Below are positions 1-12,329 of a stretch of 32,646 nt of DNA, piece after piece. A program made the translations under genes and the position numbers. This DNA is from Octopus bimaculoides. Its lineage: Eukaryota. Location: contig NC_068991.1 in the NCBI RefSeq assembly GCF_001194135.2, positions 34,794,010-34,826,655 on the forward strand, read 5' to 3'. The notes under the pieces were generated by a model that was given only the letters and a program-made list of their open reading frames with translations, was not told where the DNA came from and made no database searches. Position 1 is the first letter of the stretch. Each line of letters opens with the position of its first letter.

Positions 1-238
1 GGGTGGCACATAAAAGACACCATTTCGAGCGTGGCCGTTTTCGTGCGGGTGACACGTAAAAGCACCCACTACACTCTCTGAGTGGTTGGCGTTAGGAAGG
101 GCATCCAGCTGTAGAAACTCTGCCAAATCAGACTGGAGCCTGGTGTTGCCATCCGGTTTCACCAGTCCTCAGTCAAATCGTCCAACCCATGCTAGCATGG
201 AAAGCGGACGTTAAACGATGATGATGATGATGATGATG
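1..238 (+). mobile_element. 3' end/tail of RTE-type LINE (or RTE-dependent SINE), ending in (GAT)n
   Basis: Motif ...GTTAGGAAGGGCATCCAGCTGTAGAAACTCTGCC...AACCCATGCTAGCATGGAAAGCGGACGTTAAAC(GAT)n. The same motif ends the RT-bearing copies at 7690 and 13801 and recurs at 30831-31001. Confidence 0.8.
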
Positions 239-712
239 AATTTATAATATATCAATAAACTAAGTTTTTGCTCTTCCATTTGGTGTAAAGATTTTTCTTA
301 GCTTGCTACTGATGCTTTGTTAGAGTCATTCAACTCTGTTGCCCAAATGCACACACACACTAACACACACACACACACACACATTCAAACACATGCACAC
401 TCATCATGAGCAATATACATATACAGAGCATGAGAGAGTGTGAGGTAAATATAGAGGGAGGTATATTTTATGATAAATTGAAGAAAAACGCTACAGAGGT
501 TTAAAGTTTGATAATTTTTACCCAATCAGAAACTAGGATTTGGATGTTAGTATTTTTTGCATGATAGCTGTCTATCATAAAATGAAAGTACATATTACAA
601 CAACAAAGTTTTAAACAAAATAAAAGCAATTACATGTCATATCAAGAGAGAGTAAGGAGCAGCGTGTGTGAAAGATATACATATACAGAGCATGAGAGAG
701 TGTGAGGTAAAT

Positions 713-1572
713 NNNNNNNNNNNNNNNNNNNNNNNNNNNNNNNNNNNNNNNNNNNNNNNNNNNNNNNNNNNNNNNNNNNNNNNNNNNNNNNNNNNNNNNN
801 NNNNNNNNNNNNNNNNNNNNNNNNNNNNNNNNNNNNNNNNNNNNNNNNNNNNNNNNNNNNNNNNNNNNNNNNNNNNNNNNNNNNNNNNNNNNNNNNNNNN
901 NNNNNNNNNNNNNNNNNNNNNNNNNNNNNNNNNNNNNNNNNNNNNNNNNNNNNNNNNNNNNNNNNNNNNNNNNNNNNNNNNNNNNNNNNNNNNNNNNNNN
1001 NNNNNNNNNNNNNNNNNNNNNNNNNNNNNNNNNNNNNNNNNNNNNNNNNNNNNNNNNNNNNNNNNNNNNNNNNNNNNNNNNNNNNNNNNNNNNNNNNNNN
1101 NNNNNNNNNNNNNNNNNNNNNNNNNNNNNNNNNNNNNNNNNNNNNNNNNNNNNNNNNNNNNNNNNNNNNNNNNNNNNNNNNNNNNNNNNNNNNNNNNNNN
1201 NNNNNNNNNNNNNNNNNNNNNNNNNNNNNNNNNNNNNNNNNNNNNNNNNNNNNNNNNNNNNNNNNNNNNNNNNNNNNNNNNNNNNNNNNNNNNNNNNNNN
1301 NNNNNNNNNNNNNNNNNNNNNNNNNNNNNNNNNNNNNNNNNNNNNNNNNNNNNNNNNNNNNNNNNNNNNNNNNNNNNNNNNNNNNNNNNNNNNNNNNNNN
1401 NNNNNNNNNNNNNNNNNNNNNNNNNNNNNNNNNNNNNNNNNNNNNNNNNNNNNNNNNNNNNNNNNNNNNNNNNNNNNNNNNNNNNNNNNNNNNNNNNNNN
1501 NNNNNNNNNNNNNNNNNNNNNNNNNNNNNNNNNNNNNNNNNNNNNNNNNNNNNNNNNNNNNNNNNNNNNNNN
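713..1572. other. Assembly gap (N run)
   Basis: Run of N; ORFs crossing it are artefacts. Confidence 1.
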
Positions 1573-2378
1573 ATATATATATATATACAAATGGAGAGAG
1601 ACAGAGAGAGAGGGGGGTAAATGGGAGAGAACATGATGGAGACAAACAGACTTTGGGAGATTTGTCAATCTAAAAGTTGAGTTATTTCTTATAGCAAATT
1701 GAATCTTTTGCTTAATTATAACTGAATACCTTGTCATAGGGATGCAGATTTCAAAAATAAAATCTGTTTTTCTCAAGGACACACTGTTTTAGATCCTTTC
1801 CATCACACACACATGAACTGATGAGTGTCTGCAATAGGTTAAGCTAATGAGCAGGGTTAGCTATTTTGTTGCTCTAAAGAAGATTGGTATATTATAAAGA
1901 AACATATTATACACTTGTATGTGGCCTATCATAATGTAATAGATTATACAGTATAGCACTATATAATATGAAAGTGTTGATAGAGGGTACTATGACATGC
2001 CATGGTGAAATATAGGCTAATATGCTTATGGCATGACTTAATATGTAGTATGTTGTGATACTACAGAATTTATTATGCAATTAAATGTGGTGTAGACTCA
2101 TGTAAATGTAACATATGATGTGAGGGAATGTACCATAGTATATATTTATTAAAAACAATACACTAATAGTTAGTAATGAGATAAAACATACCAATTTGTT
2201 AGTACAAAAATATGTATCTAAAACTAGAGTTTAAAAAATTTATCTGTTTCTATTACTTCAGCTATTGATGTTGAAATTATGTTTGTCTTCTTGATGAAGT
2301 GGCAATAGTTTGTGTCTAGTTGTCACTATTACATGTCCAGAATAATAACACTAAACTTTCATCTGTATCTCAATCTGC

Positions 2379-2416
2379 CTAGCAGCAAATTGATATAAGA
2401 ACAGGGAAATTCACTA
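2379..2416 (-). CDS. Candidate terminal coding exon of the galaxin-like gene (V-VNFPVLISICC-stop)
   Basis: Minus-strand acceptor TGTCTCTAATCCCTACAG with a CTAAT branch-like motif. The phase-1 reading continues exon 2805-2665 and ends in CC then TAG. Minus-strand AATAAA at 2150-2145. Not unique: the gene could instead continue into the gap or beyond the window. Confidence 0.3.
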
Positions 2417-2664
2417 CTGTAGGGATTAGAGACAATATTTTTTAAAACTAAGCTGTCTTATCTGAGCTTGTAGTGCTGAATAAGCATTTTGTAAATGAAA
2501 ATTAATACACCTAACTGTAAACTTAATAAAATTATCTCCTGATTATTTTATACATCAAACATTAATTAAAGTATCAATGTTAATGTCATGGACATTGTCA
2601 ATAAACTGAAAACAGTAAAATATGAAAATGAGTGAACTGGTAATTTTTGTACCAAAACACTTAC

Positions 2665-2805
2665 CATTACAACAATGATTCTCATGCAAATTATATTTGT
2701 TACCATTGCAAAGACCTTCATTAATTAGAAGGATTGAATTTCCAATACACTTGTGACTGTTTTGATTATAAGCAGCATTTCCACAACAGACAGTGTTTGT
2801 TTTGT
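2665..2805 (-). CDS. Coding exon (141 nt, phase 1-1) of galaxin-like dicysteine-repeat protein
   Basis: TTCATTCTAG acceptor and GTAAGT donor. Encodes (D)KTNTVCCGNAAYNQNSHKCIGNSILLINEGLCNGNKYNLHENHCCN(G). Confidence 0.85.
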
Positions 2806-3777
2806 CTAGAATGAACAAATAGCATAAATAATTATCTATACAACACAAAGTAAAAACATTTTTTTCTGATTTATAAAAACGCATTATTTAATTCTCGTTA
2901 TTTTTCTAGAAGGAGTGAATGTGTAAATTTGAAACTGTTGGCTCTGTAAGGGAACAAATAGTGGCAAATTTGACAAACATGGGAACAACAGAGCATTTCA
3001 TCTCTCATCTCATGTAAGAAATTAGAATTCATCAAAACATTGTTTAGTATTCCATTAATTGAATTACTACCTTAAACACAAAAAAATTAGTTACTTGAAT
3101 AAACTCTAATGTTTTACTGGTATTTATTTTATCTCTTCTATGAGAAGAATTTCTCATGTAAAGTGAAAATTCATCAAATAATTGAAAAACAGTGATGAAA
3201 CCTATATAATGCTCTATGGCCTTAGATACCACTATATTTCTTCTTTTTTTATGTATTTGAAGGTTAGATTTTTTTTTTTACTTGTCCTAATAATTTTCAC
3301 ATAATTTAAATATATATTGTTTTAGTATGCACAACTTTAGTGTGGTCCATATTCCTAAATGAAGGTGAAATCAAGACACTGAATGTCAAGACTGAGCAAA
3401 TGTTTATAGGAAGATGATCAGTGTTCCTTACATAGAATTTAAATAAATTATTGGTGTTCTGTAGAAAGATTATAAACAAATGATTGGTGTTCCATATAAG
3501 GAATACAAGCTAATGAATACATCCAGAAGCACATTATCCTTCTGACAGAGCTCCTGGCTGTCAGACAATACTCAGGTTAATTAGCACAGAATATACTTAA
3601 AATAATTGCTTTGAGAAACGTAAATAATGAGTTAAGAACTACAACTAGAAAAAAGAAATATCAATAAAAGATTATTTGGTGGGATAATATCAAAGAATAC
3701 TTTGATCATTCTATTGTAAACTGAAATTTTTGACATGAATAGAAAAAAAATTTCTGCAGCCCAGGTATTCACAATGA

Positions 3778-3897
3778 GTTGTTGCTACTGCTGCTGCTGA
3801 TGATGATGGTGGTGGTAGCAATGGTAATAACAACAATGATGATGATGATAATGATATGATGATAGCAATGATGACAACAAGGATGATGATGATGATT
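3778..3897. repeat. Degenerate (GAT/GCT/GGT)n trinucleotide array
   Basis: Directly visible trinucleotide runs. Confidence 0.9.
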
Positions 3898-4155
3898 TAT
3901 AGTCTTTCTTAACTTCAAGATACCCATAATATAACATTTCATTGCATTACCAAAATCTACTGCAAAATTCAAAGAGCCATTTTCAACATACTATAAAGTA
4001 TACTATAAAGTAACAAATACTATAAAGTAACAAATCTTGATAATGAGATGACTTAGCACAATATGCCATAAAATGCTTGTTAATTATACAATGTCTATTT
4101 ATTAGAATATTGTACTTTTTTCTCGATGTACCTATTTAACACCAGAGAATTGGAC

Positions 4156-5580
4156 CATCATCATCATCATTTAATGTCCACTTTCCATGCTGGTATGGGT
4201 TGGACAATTTGATAGGAGCTGGTTAAACAGAAGATTGCACCGGGCTTCAGTATCTGTTTTGGCATGGTTTTTATGGCTGGATGCCCTTCCTAACACCAAC
4301 CACCCTGCAGAGTGGACTGAGTACTTTTTTATGTGGCACCAGCACATGCAAGGTCAGTTTCGGCATGGTTTTACGGCTGGACGCCCTTTCTAAACTTTAT
4401 AGTGTAGACTGGATAGTTTTTACATGGCACCAACTCTGGCAGAGTCACCAAATAACTTGTAAGACAAAGATCCTTTGAGAGGAAAGGGGGCATTGGAGGA
4501 GGTGACCTTGTTCCAGGTGATGAAAAGTTAGAGTATGACAGAGACAAAAACAGGTGTCTTGCTGTAGAGGAGATACATGGCTAACTGGTCAGAGAGAGAG
4601 AGAGAGAGTGATCAGGAATGAGGACAGGAGCAGGATAGCAATGATAGAGTAAGCAGGGTAGGGAGCAGGGCAGTGAGGACAAGATTGGGAAGCAAGAAAT
4701 AAGTATAAGCAGAGTGCATGAAAAAGGAGAAATGTGAGGAAGAGAAGAGATGTAGTTTGGTTTGTCGCGGTAGGGTGTGTGAAAAGGTTTATTGTTACAA
4801 GTGGGTAGAACCTACAGTGCTTCTAGAACTCAGTTTCACTGAAGTGGGCAGGTCTGCTTAAGAACCTCATATCACCAGATATCTCAGTCCACTGTCACCT
4901 CATCTGTGAGTCCTAACCACTTCATCCCAGGTCTTCCTAGGTCTCCCTCTTCCATGAGTGCCATCCACTTTCAGGGATCAGCACTTCTTTATACAGCTGT
5001 CTTCATCTATATGCATCACATGTCCAAGCCAACATAGTCTTCTCTCTGGCATGCTTGCCTCTGATTCCACTTATCCCAACTTTTCTCTTATCACATTTAC
5101 ACTTTGTCATACATATGCACTGATGTTGCACATCCAACAGAGCATACTACCTTCATTCTTCTCTAGTCTATGCATGTCTTCTACATTCAGAGCCCATACC
5201 TCACTATCATGGAGTATAGCCACGAGCATCATACAATCTGCCTTTCACTCTGAGAGAGAGAGAGTCCTTTTGTTGCCAACAGAATAGTTCTCTGAACTTC
5301 TATCCTATTCTCATTCTAGAAACAATACTTCCAGAACATCCTTCCCCATTGTTAACTCGGTCATCTAGGTAACAGAAACTCAAGAGAGCCTCCTGGGCAT
5401 TTGAGAAAGTCTAATTCCCATGTGTCCTTAGTGCTTATTGTTCCTGCACATCTGCCACATTTGAAACAACTGTTAATCTACATGTGATTCCACTGCACAT
5501 TTCATGTGTCCATAGATTACACTGGTTGCAGTTAATGGAATTACTTTCAACTACTTTTGAGCAGGGCCATTTACCTGAAG
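4156..5580 (-). mobile_element. 5'-truncated RTE LINE (decayed RT C-terminal region, 3' UTR, (GAT)n tail)
   Basis: Reverse complement gives ERRLCWLGHVMHIDEDSCIKKC*SLKVDGTHGRGRPRKTWDE (about 4921-5054). The (CAT)n at 4156-4170 is the reversed tail. Confidence 0.85.
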
Positions 5581-6363
5581 GAAGGGGAGTCATATTTGCC
5601 TGATATTGAGACCCACACCAATGTAGTTTCAGCTAATGCTCTAACACTCTAGTAATACAGATGCAACTAACTTCTGCTGCAGCAGTAGGTGTTCTATTGT
5701 CTCATTAAGGAAAGGTGCTGCTTTTGCTATAAATTCAGTCTGTTTGTATGAAGAGTAGGTAAAAATTCATTTGCTGATAAATTTGAAAATAATTTGTGTT
5801 CTAGCCTGAAGCTTTATTTTTCATTTCTTAAAACCTTTTGTTACTATATCTTTTTAAACATACTACCTTTATTTCAATTAATTTTGAAAACAATGAAGCA
5901 TTTAGTGAAATAATTTTGTAATTATTAATCTAGCGTTTGAAACAATTTCATATGAAATTTTGATGGGGACTTTAAAACAAGAAGTTTGTATCATAGAACC
6001 AAAAGTAAACTAAAGCAGGTCAGTATGAAAAGGTTTCTTATGAAAAAACAGAGACCCTGGTTGGGAAAGATGCTAAGCAACAACACTGAATTCCATCCCC
6101 CAGTTTCAAGTTCAAATCTTTATAGAGTTAACTTTATTTTTTATCAAACTGAATTTGATCAAATAAATGCATGTAAAATCCTAGAATTAATGTCATAAAA
6201 TATAATTCTCCCTTTTTGTAGAAGTTGACCTCACATTTTAGGTCTCACAAACAAAAATAAGGTTGACTAGGAAAAATGCTTCACTATATTTCTTTTGAAT
6301 TCTGGGTCCAAAACTAAGAACTGACTTTACCTTTCCTCAGTCTGATTTAAATACAATAAATAG

Positions 6364-7690
6364 ACACATAAGAGGTGCAGCATTATCAAAGGAAGGCTAA
6401 CTAGGAAGATAGTTTTTGTATGTAGTAGATGCTCAAGAGCAATAAACACTGAAAATGTGCAGAGAACAACTTCCACAACATTCCAGGGAGAAAAACTATA
6501 AGTAGTTCATAGCATCCGTTACCTAGGTGACCAAGTCAGTAGCGGGGGTGGGTGCTCTGAAAGTGTAGCTGCTAGAGTAAGAATAGCCTGGGCAAAGTTC
6601 AGAGAGCTCCTGCCTCTGCTGGTGACAAAGGGTCTCTCACTCAGTGTAAAAGGTAGACTGTATGACGCATGTGTACGAACAGCCATGCTACATGGCCGTG
6701 AAACATGGACTGTGACTGCAAGGACATGCGTAAGCTTGCAAGAATTGAAGCCAGTATGCTTGCTGGATGTGTAATGTCAGTGTGCATACTCAACAGAGTA
6801 TAAGTGCCTTGAGAGAAAAGTTGGACCTAAGAAGCATCAGATGTGGTGTGCAAGAGTGACGACTGCACTGGTATGGTCATGTGGTGTGAATGGATGAGGA
6901 CAGCTGTGTGAAAAAATGTCACACCCTAACGGTTGAGGGAAACTGTGGAAGAGGTAGACTCAGGAAGACCTGGGATGAGGTGGTGAAGCACGACCTTCGA
7001 ACATTAGGCCTCACTGAGGCAATGACTAGTGACCGAAACCTTTGGAAATATGCTGTGCTTGAGAAGACCCGACAAACCAAGTAAGACCATAACTCGTGAC
7101 CTATGCCAGTGGTGTAACCAGCCCACTTATGTGTACCTTTCTTTCATTGGACACTAAACTGTGCTTGCGAAGACCTGTTGAGGCAAGTGAAATTGAAATC
7201 AAAATCAAATTCAATGATAGCACCGCATGACTGGCATCCGTGCTAGTGAAGCGCTAAGAGCACCATCCGAGTGTGATTGTTGCCAGGGCCGCTGAATGGC
7301 CCCCGTGCCGGTGACATGTAAAAAGCACTATTCAAGTGTAATTGTTACCAATGTCGTCTTACTGACATTTGTGCCTGTGGTATGTGAAAAACAACATTCG
7401 AGCGAGGGCATTGCCAGTGCCACTGGACTGGCTCCTGTGCAGGTGACACGTAAAAACACCATTTGAGCGTGGCCGTTGCCATTACTGCTTCACTAGCCCT
7501 CATGCCAGTGGCATGTAAAAGTACCCACTACACTCTCGGAATGGTTGACGTTAGGAAGGGCATCCAGCTGTAGAAACTCTGCCAGATCAGATCGGAGCCT
7601 GGTGCAGCCATCTGGCTCACCAGCCCCCAGTCAAACCGTCCAACCCATGCCGGCATGGAAAGCGGACATTAAACAATGATGATGATGATG
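6364..7690 (+). mobile_element. 5'-truncated RTE LINE (ORF pseudogene, 3' UTR, (GAT)n tail)
   Basis: Translates to THKRCS..GRL..FVCSRC..., RYLGDQVSSGGGCSESVAARVRIAWAKFRELLPLL, KGRLYDACVRTAMLHGRETW, and GRGRLRKTWDEVVKHDL. These are typical RTE RT-thumb/C-terminal motifs, with stops and frameshifts. Confidence 0.9.
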
Positions 7691-8518
7691 AAATACAAGT
7701 CATATATATTAGTCTTAGATCTAGTTAAAATAAATTAATATTATGAATGCGAGACACTAGTATATATTTAATTTGATTTTAAACGATGCATCTGAAAAGG
7801 TCAGTCTTGTTACACTACATGAAGTCTACAAATGGATAATGGCACAATTAATTATTAATGGTCATGAGACATTTAAATATATTTCTACAAGGAGTTGGCA
7901 ACTGAGAATTAATTTATTAATACTGATTTATTTCAATCAGATTAGCTTCAGTATACAAATACATGAGTCAAACTTTAAAATAATTCAGCTATGACAGAAC
8001 ACTTACAAACATTTACTGATCTGCTAGATATCTCCTATTTTGGAATCATTAAACCTTACCTCTATAACAGAATTACTTTTATCCTCATTGCTTTTAGAAA
8101 TTACTAGCAGACATACCTTGCATTGCTCAGGATTTAAATGGTGTAATACAAGGAAGTGCAGCATTTACAAAACATTTGTGGAATAAATGAAGGGCTATTT
8201 CAACTAAGTAACATGTCATACATCTGTCTGGAAGATTCCAGGCCCTAACTTTGTCATGGAAAGGTGGGTGATGGGAATGTGATTTTTGAACACACCAAAA
8301 AGCTCTCAGTGGATATACTCTCCTTTGTGGCACTGCCGCTACCATGCCAAGCAATCAGCAGACTTAGGAACCAAATCTATGTGATAAATTAAACCTGTGG
8401 GAGCATTCAACAACACTACATGAGAGAAATCTACATAAAAGAAATGACATGGTAAGGAGGCAGGGTAGTTGGCAAGGAAGTGCTTGAAAACAACACTGTT
8501 ATGTGATATTTTGGTTTG

Positions 8519-8831
8519 GAATCAATAGTCGCTGCTGAACCATGCACTCCTTTGCATAAACTGCTTGTGACCATTGTGAGGACAACTCAGCTTCCAAATG
8601 AAAACAATTCTGCATGCAGTGTTGGGATATGCAAGGTCACATTAAGGACACGGTCTCTAACAAATGTGGTTGGGTCACATGATGTTTGGTTACTGATGTG
8701 GTTGAGAATCAATAGTCGTGGCTCAACCATGCACTTCTTCGCATAAACAGTGTGAAACCGTTGTGAGGACAACTCAGCTACCAAATGAAAATAATTTTGC
8801 ATGCAAGGTCACTAACTAATGTGGTTGGGTC
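8519..8831. repeat. Degenerate tandem duplication, period about 187 bp
   Basis: GAATCAATAGTCG...CCATGCACT...TTGTGAGGACAACTCAGCT.CCAAATGAAAA...GCAAGGTCAC...TGTGGTTGGGTC occurs from 8519 and again from 8706; the second copy has deletions. Confidence 0.85.
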
Positions 8832-9774
8832 TTAGACACTATGAATTAGTAGGTTAATGTACATGCGATACTTCAGTTTGTAATCAATAGCTAAAAAATA
8901 TTTGTATGGGCTTCTTCTATACTTAGAAGAAAGACTTTGATATTGAAGCTAAAAGAAAATAGTTGAATAGCTGCTCAGGATTTAACATATTTTAACATAT
9001 TTTTCATAATAAACATAGCGTGTTCCAAATGGTTTTTATTCCAGCAAATTGCTACCTATGGTACTATGGGAACAGGCTATTTTTGCAACCATTTAGACAC
9101 TGCAGTTTGAAGTTTACATTGGTTCATCCATTTAATACAACCTACTTATATCATTTCAGTAGCTGTTTTTTTCCAGTTTGAACAGAAGCAATGCATGGAC
9201 TATGCAGGCAGTCATACATACCCCAGGAAAGAGAGTTTTCTGCTCCCAGGGGCCTCATTACTCATTATGTGAAAAATTTTAAGAGTCTAAAACCATCTCT
9301 GGAACATAAGTAATATATGTTCTCCAGTTTGGAGATAATCAGTTGTGAACTTCAGAAGTTCTTCAGGTATGCGCGCGCGCACACACACACACATCCTCAG
9401 TTTTATATATATAGATATTTAAAAATTCAAGTGTTATCTTTCTAAAGTTGCCTTATACTTGTCTTTTTTTTACTAATATTATACTGGTATCATACAAATT
9501 TTATTGTAATGAAAACTATTCAAGTTGCTTTCTCTCTTTCATATATCTATATATCAAGAAATCAAGTTACTTCATTATATGCCTCTCATAAAAATTTGAA
9601 TCTTCGACCAAGCTAAGAAAAGAATTAATAAAACATATTTTTTGAAAAATAACCACTTGATTAAAAAATTTATTATTATTAATATATACTGAATTACTTT
9701 ATCTGACATTGTTTAGAGCTCTTTTTATTTTTCTCCATTCAAAATAACATAAGTAAGATTTAATGTGTGTATAC

Positions 9775-9945
9775 CTAGTCTGGTAAGCACTTGCCCATTA
9801 CAGCATATTTCCTTTCGAATTTTGTATCTTTTAGATTTCTCCCTCTCCTCATGGGTACAACATCTGAAAGATTCCTGTTTGGGGTAAACTTTGTTGCCAC
9901 AGCAGAATTCCTGTGACCTTTTGTATACACTTTCTTCACCAGTTG
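9775..9945 (-). CDS. Coding exon (171 nt, phase 1-1) of galaxin-like dicysteine-repeat protein
   Basis: Long T-tract ...TTTTTTTTAG acceptor and GTATAC donor. Encodes (A)TGEESVYKRSQEFCCGNKVYPKQESFRCCTHEEREKSKRYKIRKEICCNGQVLTRL with no stops. Not in the ORF track. Confidence 0.85.
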   Translation of the reverse strand, partial: QLVKKVYTKGHRNSAVATKFTPNRNLSDVVPMRRGRNLKDTKFERKYAVMGKCLPD

Positions 9946-10569
9946 CTAAAAAAAAACAAAAAAACCTAGAATTATTCTTATTGAATGCTTTAGAAAGAAA
10001 TAAAGATGATTAATGTGTGTGCATTTTTCATGAATAACAGGAAATAAGAGAAGTGAAATAGCTTCAAACAGAAATAGACATTATAGTTGTCAAGACTATT
10101 TTAATCTACAGTGCATTATTATAAATATTTATAATGATTTTTTGCATTGATATCAAACTGAAAATTTTAAAGATAATTTTGATTAAAGTGACTACAATAT
10201 AAGAGTGGCATTTATTGCATCAATTGGAAATGTATGAAAAACAAAGTACACTTTGATGCATGTTGGACTCAGAACTAGGAAGATAAAGCTAAATACCAAA
10301 TAGTCACAAGTTGATAATTATATACCACTCCATATATAGTACAATGATTTTTTTTCATATGGGCACAGCTGCAGAAATACACACTACAGTACATGAAACT
10401 TATTTTATCAACCACAAAATTATGGGAAACAAAGCCATAAAAGGATTGCATTAAGTAAGGTGGTCTATAGTTACTTTTATTTCACTAATTTAGTAAAAAT
10501 TAATAGTTATAACAAGAATTATTGTCTGCATAAAATAATTAGTTTTAACTCTCAGTAATGTAAGACAGA

Positions 10570-10648
10570 ATGTGTGTGTGTGTGTGTACGTGTGTGTGTG
10601 TGTGTGTGTGCACGTGCACACACGTGCATGCATGTGCACGTGCGTGCA
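10570..10648. repeat. (TG)n/(TGCA)n microsatellite
   Basis: Directly visible. Confidence 0.9.
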
Positions 10649-11060
10649 TGGAATGTTACACACTGACAATTATAAATAAACATTAATAGTAATGGATTCT
10701 CCAGTTTCAACAACAAATGTTCAGTTGTTTCATCAACTGAATTCCTACTCATGGAGAAATAACATGGAAGTAACTATTAAGCATTCCACAGACACATGCA
10801 TCTTAGCACAATTTGCAGCTCAAATCAGTGTGACACAAAGGTGAAAGATGGACTTTGAATTACAATCCAAAGAGAAAGGGAGTGTTAAGTATCAATTCTA
10901 GTACTACACAGATATCTTATATCAATCTCAAAAGAATAAAAGGCGAAGTTGATCTCTATGTGATTTGATCTCAGAGTACAGAAGGTCAGGAAGAATACCA
11001 CAATTTCTTTATTGCCAATACTAAAAAATGATCCTGATAATTCATAAATGGCAGACATAC

Positions 11061-11168
11061 CGCTAATACAACAACCTGTAGATGATCGATTATACATCTG
11101 GTTCTTGCAGTTGATATGCTTCAAAATATCTTCTTCGGAACAAAATACTGATTTCACTAGTACCAAAA
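11061..11168 (-). CDS. Coding exon (108 nt, phase 1-1): end of hydrophobic leader and first Cys repeat
   Basis: TATTTCTATTTTTCAG acceptor and GTATGT donor. Encodes (V)LVLVKSVFCSEEDILKHINCKNQMYNRSSTGCCIS. Confidence 0.8.
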
Positions 11169-12329
11169 CTGAAAAATAGAAATATTTAAATTTACAATAT
11201 TTTAAAACTTTCAATACATAGATACAGATTAATTAAAATATAGAGGTAAAGATTAATATACAAACAAGTTTGATACAGAAATATAGATTTATCTTAACTA
11301 GTCACAATGTTAATCTTTGTATGGGTGGCAAATTTTTTATTACTAGTAAGACCCATGAATATTTCATGGATTTAATGGTAAACCTATTGAGTTATTTCTG
11401 AAAACTTTATCCAAAAAAATCTGAAAGCGTAGCCTGTGTTACATCTGTATGGAAAGATAATCGTTAATCTGCTACTCATTGAAAAGTGAAAGAAATTGGA
11501 ATATGATGATTACTTAATGCACTTTATATATACACTTTATATACTTTATGCACAATTTTATAGACTTAACACACAACACTCATAAAATAAATATTCACTC
11601 TTATTTTTCCATTTTTCCCATAAACAAAAATAAAATATTCCTTACATATGATAGAACCTTTAGTTAAATTGCACATATCTGCCATGCAAATAAGTATGAA
11701 TATTTCACGGAACTGCACTTATGTGCATGCATTAAGTGATAGGTGATATAAAAAACCTTGTTTAATTTTTTAAAAAATACACTTTTCATTATCCAATCAC
11801 CACCTCTATCACCTTCATCTCCCCAACCACCATCATCATCTCTCTCCCCCCTCTCTCACTCTGCCTTTCTTTAACCTCACCATCAGAACATCACTCTGCT
11901 AAAATTATATTTTTAACTCTTCTCTTCTATATCATGTCACTAATATATAATTTTCATCAAGTTAACCAGTGCCTATTCTGGTACTATCAATCAATAAATA
12001 TTACTTCTCAGTATTAATACTGCCTCTGTCGCTTATATATTGGGTCATCCCATAAATAATGCAGTCTTTTTATACTTCTTTTATTTTTCAAAATTAAGAT
12101 AAACAAAGTTCTTTTTTAATCTAAAATATACTCTCCTTCATTTTCTACAAAGCTCTTCTGTCTATCTAGTAGACTTGCAAGGCCCCTCTTCCAAAGTTCA
12201 CTTGTCCATGATAAAGAATACTCATCCAGTACTGTTCTGGTCTCATCTATAGAGTTCATATTTTTTCCATCCAAATAATTTTGAAGTCTGTAGAATAAGA
12301 ATTGGGTGGAGGAAGTTGTTGGCAACAAA

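Noticed and set aside
611-1782. Long ORFs of 320-380 aa, and similar ORFs at 13734-14324, 26874-27539 and 30281-30700
   Set aside because: They consist almost entirely of X from N gaps.
2192-2223. Possible micro-exon ending in GTATGT (DTYFCTNKL)
   Set aside because: It switches phase and has no CC motif. No downstream partner exon was found.
3924-3959. 36-nt phase 1-1 candidate cassette exon (VDFGNAMKCYIM) in intron 3
   Set aside because: The donor GTATCT is weak, and exons 3 and 4 already join with normal CC spacing. It cannot be supported without RNA data.
10885-11214. 109-aa ORF read as a single-exon secreted protein
   Set aside because: It starts at TTG with no in-frame ATG. Only 11168-11061 is bounded by splice sites and fits the Cys-repeat pattern.
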